64,000 bases of DNA from an uncultured delta proteobacterium (GTDB taxonomy: Bacteria; Desulfobacterota; Binatia; DP-6): assembly GCA_963815115.1 (NCBI GenBank), contig CAWFFN010000005.1:1472001-1536000 (forward strand), given 5' to 3'. Under the pieces are notes generated by a model. The model was not told the origin of the DNA, ran no database searches, and worked only from the letters and a program-made list of their open reading frames with translations. Both the position numbers and the translations under genes were made by a program. This document shows, piece after piece, positions 29,606 to 39,852 of the stretch. Each line of letters begins with the position of its first letter. Position 1 is the first letter of the stretch.

Positions 29606-31801
29606 TCAGGTCACGAACACCACGAGGGGGCCGGGTCCCGTGATCGTGCCCTGGCCCGTCGGCGGTCCGAGCACCGCGTTGCCGACGAAGACCGTGTCGC
29701 CGCCGTGGCAGCCCGCGACATCGAGCCCGCCGACATTGTTCGTCATGCCCTCGTACAGGAGGTCGTTCGTCGTCTGGAGGTACACTGGGAGCCCCGCGAC
29801 CGGTGCCCCGACCGCGTCGAGCGCGAACACCGTGACGTGACCGACGAAGCGGTCTTCGTCCTTGTTCACGACCGAGCACTGGGTGGCGACGATCGGGTGG
29901 GCCCCGGGCGGCGCACCGAGCACGGGGGGGAAGGTGATGCTGCCGAGGATCGAGTCGCGATCGAGCGGGGTCAGGATGCGCCAGCGATCGGCGGCGTCGA
30001 CGTAACGGCTCCGGAGCTTCTCCCAGCACGGGGTGCTTCCCTCCCACGTGCCGTCGGCGTGGGGGTTCTCCTCGCGTCCGGAGCAGATCTTCGGCGCGCG
30101 GCTCTGGAGCCACATCATGCAGGAGGCGATCGGGTTTCCGGGAGGCGCCTTCAGCTTGAATCCCCCGGGGCTCGTCGGATCCGGCAGCGCCGGATCGAGC
30201 ACGGTGAAGGGGTTCGTCACGACGAACAGGTTGCTGCTGCAGGCCTTGCCGGGATTGTTGTCCTCGTACTCGTCGCTCAGGTCGAAGCCGTAGTGCCCGA
30301 ACTCGTGGGCGTGGGTCGGCGGGGTGTCCGAGCGTGACATCTGCATCGAGCTGCCGAGCGCGTTGTTGCCGAGGAAGCCGCCCGTCACGTTGTTCACCTC
30401 CGCCCGCAGGTTGGCGTCCGCGTGCACGCGGTAGTCGGAGTCGTCATAGGCCTGGCGGTCGTCCATGACGGTGCAGCGGTCGATGAAGTACTGGCCGTCG
30501 GTGGCGTTGAAGAGGAAGCGCGAGGCGGCGATGATCTTGTCGCGCTCGAGGATGAGGTCCGCCATGTCGCCGTCCCACTCGAGGCTTGCGAGGATGTTGA
30601 GCCCGAAGAGTACGCGGTCCTTCCGGACGGTGGTGACGATCAGCTGGCTCGGGTCCGACGGCTTCGCCGGCGTCACCTTGCCGTCGAACCCGACCCAGGC
30701 GTTGGTCAGGTAGACGCGGTAGTTCCAGTTCTGGATCGAGTTCGCCATGTGCGTGTTGCGGTAGGTCGGGTGCTCGAGAATGAGCTTCCGGACGTAGATG
30801 TTCCGCGGCAGCGTGATGACGCCGAGGTCGAGCATGCCCCCCGCGTCGGTCGTGCCGGCGGCGATCGTGTCGACGAACACCTCCGCGCCCGGCACCGGGT
30901 TGCGTGACTCGTCGAGTACCAGGAGGAAGACGTCCGGGCCGGCCGGCTTGACCGGGAAGGGCGGGAACGGGGCGGGCGCGAAGGTGGAGTTCGCCTTCTT
31001 GAGCTTCACGGTGCCGGCGATGCCGTGGCTCGGGTCGAAGACCTGGTCGAACCCCGCGACGTCGGTCGCGTCCACCTCGACCCGGTTGAAGTGCCACTCG
31101 TCGTTGCCGCTCGGCAGGAATGTCAGGCTGATGCTCCGCGCCTTGTCGCGGGGGACGGGCGGGCTCAGCGGCACCATGAAGTAGTTGCGGTTGTGGTCGA
31201 CGAGCTTGACCGAGGACGGGACCAGGACGAACGTGCGCGGCGCCTCGCCGTCGATGCCGAAGGCGAGGTTGACGGTGCTGCCCCCCTCGAGGTTGTCGTC
31301 GTCGGTGTCGATGCCGACGGCGAGGGAGACCATGTCCCGCAGCTTCGAGGGATCGAAGGACGGGAGGACGCCCGAGAAGGCCGTGCCGTCGTTCTCGAAC
31401 TTGTGGTCGAGCACCGCGTCGGCGAACGCCGTCTGGGTAGCGGAGCTGCCCATGCGAACGCTCATCGAGCGGAGGACCCACTGGTCGTCATTGAGGCCTC
31501 CGCCCCGGTCGGCGACGAAGCGGATGCCGATCCGCCGGACGTCCGTCCGGTCGACCACCTGACCGATCGGGTGCTGGGAGAACGGGGTGAGGGTGTTGTC
31601 CGGCAGGCGGGTGCCACCGGCCACGCTCGGCACGACGACGAGGCTGTTGTCGCCCAGCTCGAGCAGCAGGTCCGCCCGGCTCCCGGCGCGGAAGTCGTCG
31701 TTGCCGGTCATGAGCTGGACCGAGACGAAGTCGTCGGCACGGAGCGGCGGGGCCGCCGCGACGAGCCCGAGCAGGGCCAGCACACCAATGGTCTTCGCCA
31801 T
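29606..31801 (-). CDS. Secreted CLCA-like zinc metalloprotease with two N-terminal beta-sandwich (PLAT-like) repeats
   Basis: Signal peptide; ASRFLFNATDGQYFI; HEFGHYGFDLSDEY; ASCMM..Q...IC...H...CWE; GGAGG RBS. Confidence 0.75.
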   Translation of the reverse strand: MAKTIGVLALLGLVAAAPPLRADDFVSVQLMTGNDDFRAGSRADLLLELGDNSLVVVPSVAGGTRLPDNTLTPFSQHPIGQVVDRTDVRRIGIRFVADRGGGLNDDQWVLRSMSVRMGSSATQTAFADAVLDHKFENDGTAFSGVLPSFDPSKLRDMVSLAVGIDTDDDNLEGGSTVNLAFGIDGEAPRTFVLVPSSVKLVDHNRNYFMVPLSPPVPRDKARSISLTFLPSGNDEWHFNRVEVDATDVAGFDQVFDPSHGIAGTVKLKKANSTFAPAPFPPFPVKPAGPDVFLLVLDESRNPVPGAEVFVDTIAAGTTDAGGMLDLGVITLPRNIYVRKLILEHPTYRNTHMANSIQNWNYRVYLTNAWVGFDGKVTPAKPSDPSQLIVTTVRKDRVLFGLNILASLEWDGDMADLILERDKIIAASRFLFNATDGQYFIDRCTVMDDRQAYDDSDYRVHADANLRAEVNNVTGGFLGNNALGSSMQMSRSDTPPTHAHEFGHYGFDLSDEYEDNNPGKACSSNLFVVTNPFTVLDPALPDPTSPGGFKLKAPPGNPIASCMMWLQSRAPKICSGREENPHADGTWEGSTPCWEKLRSRYVDAADRWRILTPLDRDSILGSITFPPVLGAPPGAHPIVATQCSVVNKDEDRFVGHVTVFALDAVGAPVAGLPVYLQTTNDLLYEGMTNNVGGLDVAGCHGGDTVFVGNAVLGPPTGQGTITGPGPLVVFVT

Positions 31802-31811
31802 GGGTCCTCCG

Positions 31812-32558
31812 TCACGGAACCGGAACCGCGGCCACGTAGGTCGCGTCGAAGCGCCCCTGGATGCCGCCGACGCCGACCGCGGGGTTGAACGTCGTCGGGA
31901 CCGCGTGCCAGGTGCCGCCGAGGTCGGTGAAGATCACGACCGGCTTACCCGCGAGGCGCGGGTCGAGCGGACCGTCGTCAGTCATGGGCGCCAGGTACTC
32001 GAGCGGCACGTCGACGGCCTGCTGCGAACGCGCGAGCCGCCCGATGCCGAAGCGCCAGGCCTCGCTCACCAGCGCGTAGCCGCCCGGGATGGCGCCGGTC
32101 GGCACGTACGCGTTCCCGATGACGAAGAGCCGCGCCGTCCCGGCCATCTCGGGGGGCACCCTCGCCCGGAAGGTCCCGTCCGGGCTGTCGACCAGGAGGG
32201 GCACGCGGTCCCGCGACGGGATGACGCGGTACCGCCCGAGCCATACCTGCCCCCCGCCGCTGCCCGCTGGCAGCGTCACGGCGAAGCTCGCGTCCGTCGT
32301 CGTCTTCGGGACGGGCGCCTTGATCACCCAGCGGTCGAGCGCGAAGCGCGGCGCGGCGGCGGCGCGCACGACCGTCCGGGGATCCCGGTAGAAGATGCGG
32401 AGGGTGGGGGCGGCGGCGCGGTTCAGACCCGGGGCCACGATCTCGAGCCGGAGCCGGGCGCCGCGGGCGGCGACGAGGGCGTTCGTGTTGGCGGCGTGGC
32501 CGGGCGGGGCGGCGGCCAGGACGAGGATCGCGAAGGCGGCGAGCGACGGTCGTGACAT
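31812..32558 (-). CDS. Secreted protein with ZU5-like C-terminal half
   Basis: Signal peptide; SPDG.F...VP...VSEAWRF...VPLEY...GTW..VPT...GRFD.TY pattern; AGGAGG RBS. Confidence 0.55.
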   Translation of the reverse strand: MSRPSLAAFAILVLAAAPPGHAANTNALVAARGARLRLEIVAPGLNRAAAPTLRIFYRDPRTVVRAAAAPRFALDRWVIKAPVPKTTTDASFAVTLPAGSGGGQVWLGRYRVIPSRDRVPLLVDSPDGTFRARVPPEMAGTARLFVIGNAYVPTGAIPGGYALVSEAWRFGIGRLARSQQAVDVPLEYLAPMTDDGPLDPRLAGKPVVIFTDLGGTWHAVPTTFNPAVGVGGIQGRFDATYVAAVPVP

Positions 32559-32734
32559 CGGCGGGCCTCCTGAAAGGAAGGCGTGAATTCTGGCGGCACG
32601 GTGTGACGAGTCCCGGCGGCATGCGGGTTGCTCCCCGGGTGGCCACGTGCCGCGATCACTGCGGAGCCGGCGATGCTCCGTGGGGATTGCCTCTGCGCTC
32701 GGGCCTCTGATAGGCGAACGAACGGAGACCGACC

Positions 32735-33973
32735 ATGCGCACTTTCGCATGGAAACCGAAGGCACCTCATCGGAGCGATGGGGTGAGCGCGAGCCCTCGA
32801 CGACAGGGCACGCTCGGGAATCAGACCGAACAGCGGCCGCCGGAAGCCAGGACGGGAGACGTCGAAGGAGCCGGCCCGATTACCGAGATCGCCCGCTCCG
32901 GCCACGACTTCAGCCGGATACCGGTGCACGCCGCCGTCGGGCCGACGGGTCCGCACGGTGGGCTGCATTCCACTCCTGCAACCCTGGAGAGCCCGTCCGC
33001 TCCTCGAAGTGCGGCCCTCGCGAGCTGGGTGTTTCGACCCACGACCAGCCCTCCGGCTCCCGAGAACGCGCCGGTGCAGCGCGATGGCTTCCACGGTCCC
33101 GCCTGGAAGGCCAGCAGTGAGAGTCTCTGGTACTTCAACGGCGAGCGGAACGACAGCGTGAATCCGACCGAGGTGACCCTGACGGCGGCGACGAGCCACG
33201 CTGGCCGCTTCGATTGGCAGGTCGTCGAGGGTGGAGACAAGGTCGAGTTCGTCGTCGGCCACGATTCCGGGCACGCCGTCTCATCGCAGGACGACAACCG
33301 CGTACGCGTGCGGAGCAAGGACGGCAGCACGAAGGGCGAGGACGACGTCCGAATCGGCGTCGCCCACCGCGACGGAAGCGGCGCCGTGAGGGCGGGAGAG
33401 GCGCGGCTCGGCGTGCGGACGCCCTCGACGATGCGTGCCACCGGCCACACCGTGGCGACGCCGGTCGCCGCGTATCCGGACACCGACGACCACGGCGCGG
33501 TCGTGGATGAGCCGGAAAAGCAGAAGACCGAGGACGAGATGCGGACGGCGACGGCGCTGCCGCAGTCTGCTCCGAGCATGAAGCACAAGGGCGCTACCCA
33601 CAGCAGCCACGCCACCTTTGCCTACGAGACGCACGAGAACTACGAGGTACTCGACGACAAGGGCGTGCCAATGAAGGGTTTCGACGTCAACGAGAAGTTC
33701 ACGACCGCGCCGACCAACGACGCAGCCAAGTGTGACTGGCGCCGCGGCGCCGCGGGCGGTCTCCATGCGCCCGGCTCGACCTTCTTCGACAACATGCAGG
33801 GCGAGGTCAGCTCGAAGACCCCGACCCCGCAAAACCCGCAGGCACCGCTCGGCAGCACGAAGGTCCAGCACTGGACCCAGGAGTGGTACGTCGGCAGCAC
33901 GACGCCCGGGAAGGGAACGAAGGTCCAGACGAACACGTTCCAGAAGTATCGGGATCACGCCGCCCACGAATGA
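32735..33973 (+). CDS. Protein with DUF4157/eCIS-associated N-terminal leader and unknown beta-rich C-terminal domain
   Basis: MRTFA.KPKA, LGNQ..QR, GHDFSRIPVH and PVQR motifs; no HExxH; GGAG RBS. Confidence 0.7.
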   Translation: MRTFAWKPKAPHRSDGVSASPRRQGTLGNQTEQRPPEARTGDVEGAGPITEIARSGHDFSRIPVHAAVGPTGPHGGLHSTPATLESPSAPRSAALASWVFRPTTSPPAPENAPVQRDGFHGPAWKASSESLWYFNGERNDSVNPTEVTLTAATSHAGRFDWQVVEGGDKVEFVVGHDSGHAVSSQDDNRVRVRSKDGSTKGEDDVRIGVAHRDGSGAVRAGEARLGVRTPSTMRATGHTVATPVAAYPDTDDHGAVVDEPEKQKTEDEMRTATALPQSAPSMKHKGATHSSHATFAYETHENYEVLDDKGVPMKGFDVNEKFTTAPTNDAAKCDWRRGAAGGLHAPGSTFFDNMQGEVSSKTPTPQNPQAPLGSTKVQHWTQEWYVGSTTPGKGTKVQTNTFQKYRDHAAHE

Positions 33974-34461
33974 CGGAAGCAGATATGCCGAACCCGCCAG
34001 AGCCGTTTCCGGGCGTCTTCCCCGGGACGATCGGGGTTCCCCCCGACCTCGCGCGGCTTGTCGCGGCCTCGGACCTCGTCTGCGTCGCCCGCGTGAGAGG
34101 TGTGAGCAAGCTGGGGACGGTGACGTACCTCGTGAACGGCGCGCCGGTGTCGTTCGACCGCGTCGTGGCGTCCCTCGACGTCGAGCGGGCGCTCGCGGGA
34201 TCGGCGGCCGAGCTCGCCGAGGTGGAGTTGCTGGAGCTCGACGAGCCTTCCGCGCTGGCACGTCTCGCCCAGGGCGAACGCGCGGCGCTCTTCCTCGTTC
34301 GCCGCGGCGATCGGTACGTGCTCGCCGACCCGGTGACGGCGTCGATCAACCTCGAGCGTCTCGACGAGGAGGTGCGCCGGGCGCTGATCGAGGCGCGGGG
34401 GAGCGCGGACGCCGAGGTCGCCCGGATCGCCGCAGGGTTGTTCGCGGAGCTCGGTCCGTGA
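33970..34461 (+). CDS. Hypothetical protein, possible TIMP/NTR-like OB fold
   Basis: ATGA overlap with upstream stop; L..LV.ASDLV.V.RV...V...L.G...L..GE...LFL pattern. Confidence 0.65.
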   Translation: MTEADMPNPPEPFPGVFPGTIGVPPDLARLVAASDLVCVARVRGVSKLGTVTYLVNGAPVSFDRVVASLDVERALAGSAAELAEVELLELDEPSALARLAQGERAALFLVRRGDRYVLADPVTASINLERLDEEVRRALIEARGSADAEVARIAAGLFAELGP

Positions 34462-35048
34462 GCGTCGAGGCCTTCTCGGCTCACGAGCTCCGTTGGCTCG
34501 GCTGCCGCGAGAAGAGCTGCTGCTCGACCTACTCCGTGATGCCCACCGGAGCCGACCTCTGGCGGATCTCTCGCTCGCTCGAGCTCCAGGTCTGGGAGTT
34601 CACCCGCTTCGCGGATGCGGAGCCGGGCGGGGCGGGCTCGTTCGCACTCGACGCGGACGGGCCGCGCTTCCAGGTCGTGCTCGCGAGGCGGGCGGCGGAC
34701 GGGCCTTGTCTCTTCCTCTTGCGCCTGCCGGACGGCCACGCGCAGTGCGCGCTCGGGAAGCTGCGGCCGACCGTGTGCGAGGCCTATCCAGCGGTCCTCG
34801 ACGGGGGCAAGGCGCGGGTCGGCGACCACGCCGGCTGCACGTGTGGCCCCTGGACGCAGGCGTCGCTCGACGACGCCGACGAGCTCGAGAGGCTCCGGCG
34901 TCTGGAGCGGGAGCGACGCGAGCACTACGAGATGGTCGCCGAGTGGAACGCGTTCGTCGCCGCCGATCCCGACCACCGCGACTACCCCGAGTTCTGCGAC
35001 TTCCTGATCAATCTGTGCGAACGCCGGTACGGCGGGCTGGGCGCGTGA
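34458..35048 (+). CDS. YkgJ-family cysteine cluster protein (copy 1)
   Basis: GTGA overlap; CREKSCC...GPCLFL...QCAL...RPTVCEAYP...C. Confidence 0.85.
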   Translation: MSVEAFSAHELRWLGCREKSCCSTYSVMPTGADLWRISRSLELQVWEFTRFADAEPGGAGSFALDADGPRFQVVLARRAADGPCLFLLRLPDGHAQCALGKLRPTVCEAYPAVLDGGKARVGDHAGCTCGPWTQASLDDADELERLRRLERERREHYEMVAEWNAFVAADPDHRDYPEFCDFLINLCERRYGGLGA

Positions 35049-35049
35049 C

Positions 35050-35634
35050 ATGTCCGACACCGGGACGAGCGTCTGCGCGACGTGCCATGCGCGCTGTTGC
35101 TTCGCGTACGCCGTCCACGTCACCGGCCACGACGTCTGGCTGATCGCCCGTCGTCTCCGGCTGGACGCCGCGCAGTTCGTCGTCGCGCTCGACGCTACCG
35201 AGCATCAGCCGAACGCCTTCCGTCTCGACCGCTCGGGGAGAGCGTTCGTCCTCGCACTCGGCAAGCAGCGCGTCGAGAACCCACAAGGCGAGTGGGCGTG
35301 CGTTTTCTGGCTTCCGCTGCCGGGCGGCAGCGGCCGCTGCGGCATCTACGCGGAGCGCCCGAACGTCTGCCGGACCTACCCCGCGTACCTCCGCGACGGC
35401 GCCGTCCATCTGCGCCGGGACGCGGCCTGTCCTCCGCGCGCGTGGAGCGTCGCCGGTCTGGACCTGGCGTCGTGGCGGCGCGAGCTCGAGCGAGGTGATC
35501 GGGAGAAGCAGGTCTACGAGACGGTGGTCCAGAGCTGGAACGAGCGAATCGACCAGCCGGTCTCACTCGGCGTGTTTTACGACTACCTGCTGACCGCCTA
35601 CGACGAGCTCGCGATCAATCAGGCGCCGACCTGA
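35050..35634 (+). CDS. YkgJ-family cysteine cluster protein (copy 2)
   Basis: CATCHARCC...ACVFW...RCGIYAERPNVCRTYP...CP. Confidence 0.9.
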   Translation: MSDTGTSVCATCHARCCFAYAVHVTGHDVWLIARRLRLDAAQFVVALDATEHQPNAFRLDRSGRAFVLALGKQRVENPQGEWACVFWLPLPGGSGRCGIYAERPNVCRTYPAYLRDGAVHLRRDAACPPRAWSVAGLDLASWRRELERGDREKQVYETVVQSWNERIDQPVSLGVFYDYLLTAYDELAINQAPT

Positions 35635-35843
35635 GTGTGTCATGGAAAGCCCGGGTGAGCCCGGACCTCGGACCCCGCGCCGCCCCGCACCATCGCAAAC
35701 AGGATGCGGCAGGCCCCCCTCGCCCCATGCTCTGCATCGGGAAGCGGTAGCGGTTGGCCCGGCGTCTCTAGGGTCTGCCACACCGCTCCAAAAAACGTTG
35801 ACCGGACCGGCGCCAGTCGGTTACGTCTCCTGGGCCCGGTCCC

Positions 35844-37397
<1,554 letters not shown>

Positions 37398-37643
37398 CGC
37401 CATCCGCGGATGATCCGCGCCAGCCGGGGCGAGCCGAGCGTCGGACCTTACGGTTGCGTCAGCACCGTACGGCTACGACTGGATCGAGCCCCGACTGACG
37501 GCGGGATTCCTCGATCGTTCGGAGCTCTCGGGGCCGCCTTCGCGGCCCGCCGGGAAGCTTGGAGCCAGCTGCCGTCCGCGTACCGGCCGCCCATTCACCG
37601 GCGGCACCTGTAGATGTGGTTGCCAACGGCTCTTTGGCCTAGG

Positions 37644-37667
37644 TTGACAGATCCTCGGATATCTGTC
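37644..37667. promoter_or_regulatory. Inverted repeat overlapping a TTGACA hexamer (possible operator)
   Basis: GACAGAT-N8-ATCTGTC about 120 bp upstream of the radical SAM gene; no good -10 at canonical spacing. Confidence 0.35.
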
Positions 37668-37789
37668 GAGAGAACCCTATCCTGCAGTGCCCCTCGGCCC
37701 TTGGTCCCGGCCTCCGTCTGACCGCACCCGAGCAGATTCACCTGCACCGTCACGGCCTCGCTCCGAGCACCATCGCGGGAGGTAGCTCG

Positions 37790-38977
37790 ATGGACACGAA
37801 GCTGCTGATCAGGGTGATCGCGCGCCGTCGAGCCTGGTTGTTCCGACGCCTCGACGTGCACAAGGCTCTGAACCTCGCATCTGCCACCGTGGACTTCGCC
37901 CTCAAGCGCGAGAAGATTCGGGCGCTCCCGCCGATCGTGAAGATCGACATCAGCCCCCTCTGCAACCTGCGCTGCACCGCGTGCGTGCACGCCGACCCGA
38001 ACGGCAACGCCGCCCTCGAGAAGCAGACATTCGGGCGGGGGCAGAGGATGGCAGTAGATCAGTACCGCCGGATCATCGAGCAGATCAAGGGCAAGACGGC
38101 GGCGGTATCGCTCTACTATCTGGGCGACCCGATGACCCACCCGGATCTCGACGGCATGTGCCGCATCGCGGCCGATGCGGGACTGCAGGTCCACGTTTCC
38201 ACGAACTTCAGCTTCGGGTTCACGGACGAGCGCATTCGCAGCATCGTGCAGAGCGGTCTCTCGCACCTCACGGTGTGCATCGACGGACTCTCGCAGGAGA
38301 AATACGAGCGCACACGCGTCGGCGGCAATATCGCTCGCGTCGTGGGCAATCTCGAGCGCGTCGCCTCGGTGCGCACGGAGCTTGGCCAGAAGTCCCCGCT
38401 CATCGAGGTCCAGTACATCATGTTCCAGCACAACCTCGATGAGGTAGAGAAGGCACGCACGCTCTGCGGGAACCTCGGCGTCGATCAGTTCTCGGCCTTC
38501 TGGGGCGATCTCCACAACTGGACCGACCACGATCCCGGCAACTGTGCAGTGACCAGTCCGCGCGCGGCGAGGGCCCTGCCGCGCTGCTACTGGCCGTACT
38601 TCTCGACCGTCATCAAGTGGAACGGCGACGTGATCCCCTGCTGCACGTACCGCCATGGGAGCCAGTATGTGCCAAACGCCGATGCGCGGGTGTTCGGCAA
38701 CGTGTTCGCGAGGGACCTTGTCGCGATCTGGAATTCGCCGGAGTATCGGCAGGCGCGGCGGCTGGTGTCCGATCCGGGGCGCTCAGGTCGGGAGCCCGAG
38801 CTCAAGAGACACTTCTGCGACTCGTGCCCGGTGCTCTTCGAAACCACCCACGACCACCATGTCCGGAAGGGCGACCGCGTGCGCTTCGAGGAGGTCTACA
38901 CCCTGAACGAGAAGGGCAGACCGGTGCGGAAGGGCGGGACGGCACTCCGACCGGCTCGACGGGCGGGTCGTTCGTAG
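37790..38977 (+). CDS. Radical SAM/SPASM-type protein
   Basis: CNLRCTAC; C-terminal CYWP...NGDVIPCC...IWNS...CDSC; GGAGG RBS. Confidence 0.92.
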   Translation: MDTKLLIRVIARRRAWLFRRLDVHKALNLASATVDFALKREKIRALPPIVKIDISPLCNLRCTACVHADPNGNAALEKQTFGRGQRMAVDQYRRIIEQIKGKTAAVSLYYLGDPMTHPDLDGMCRIAADAGLQVHVSTNFSFGFTDERIRSIVQSGLSHLTVCIDGLSQEKYERTRVGGNIARVVGNLERVASVRTELGQKSPLIEVQYIMFQHNLDEVEKARTLCGNLGVDQFSAFWGDLHNWTDHDPGNCAVTSPRAARALPRCYWPYFSTVIKWNGDVIPCCTYRHGSQYVPNADARVFGNVFARDLVAIWNSPEYRQARRLVSDPGRSGREPELKRHFCDSCPVLFETTHDHHVRKGDRVRFEEVYTLNEKGRPVRKGGTALRPARRAGRS

Positions 38978-39218
38978 TCCGCCGCGAGCGCGACGCTCGT
39001 GGCTTAGTGGTCGGGCAGCCTCACCGTCGGGCAGCACACCCAGGATCTCGCAGGGCGCCGGCACCACGACGCCCCCAAGGCTCGAGCGACCCCGGATGGC
39101 GGCTACCAGGACCTTCCTGGCGCGTTCCCGGTCGCGAGCGCCCGCGGGGCCAGATGAGAGACGGCGCGGGACAGCCAAGAGGCGATGTGTGGATCCTCGA
39201 TGGGCGGCGTGAGCGCCC

Positions 39219-39416
39219 TCAGTGGTAGTCGCCCCTGTAGGTGCCGTGGGTCTGCCCCTCACGGGTGCAGCCGCAGGTGTCCTGGATGATCCCGCGCGCC
39301 TCATCGATGGAGGCGGCATACGGGCACTTGTCGCTGACGCACGCGGCAAACGCGGCAGGCGCCGAGGCGGCGATCAGTGCGAGGCCGACCGCTCCGGCAG
39401 CGAGGAGATTCTTCAT
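39219..39416 (-). pseudogene. Truncated 5' paralog of the secreted protein at 60802-61695
   Basis: AFAACVSDKCPYAASIDEARGIIQDTCGCTREGQTHGTY vs AFAACVSAKCTDASAIEQARGVIQTTCGCTREGQKHGTY; stop codon follows five residues later. Confidence 0.85.
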
Positions 39417-39852
39417 CTTGCGCTCCTCTCGGTTGCTGACGCTCCGCCGTGGTCGAGACCTGGTGCCAGTGGATGTGAGGAGAGCCGCATGCGGAAGTGC
39501 ATTCCGCGCACACGCCGCGCCGCGCGTCTAGTACCCCGACGCGACATCCTGCTAATGACACTACGAGACATGGGTGCCTGGAATCTAGGTGCAAGCGAAC
39601 CATGACCGAGTGCACCGTCGACGTTCGATCCGCCGTCGCCTGCCGCGGCGTGCCATGCCCCTTCGTCTCGGGGTGAGGGGCAGGTGGTCGTCGCTGGCGC
39701 CGTTTCGCGCAAGGTGCCGCGACGGCGTTGCCGCCGTCACGCCGGCGAGCTCGGTGGCAGGCCCGGGGATCGCGCCGCGGGCGGAGGGGCGTGAGGATGC
39801 GCCACCCCGCTCGGCATGGACGGCCAGGGCGCGGCGGGCGAACAACCGGAGG

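Noticed and set aside
35635-35843. Possible c-di-GMP riboswitch or strong promoter before the collagen gene
   Set aside because: No GEMM consensus; TTGACC lacks a convincing -10.
39219-39416. Cys-rich 65-aa ORF as RiPP precursor of the adjacent radical SAM
   Set aside because: It is convergent, has a Sec signal peptide and is clearly a truncated paralog of 60802-61695.
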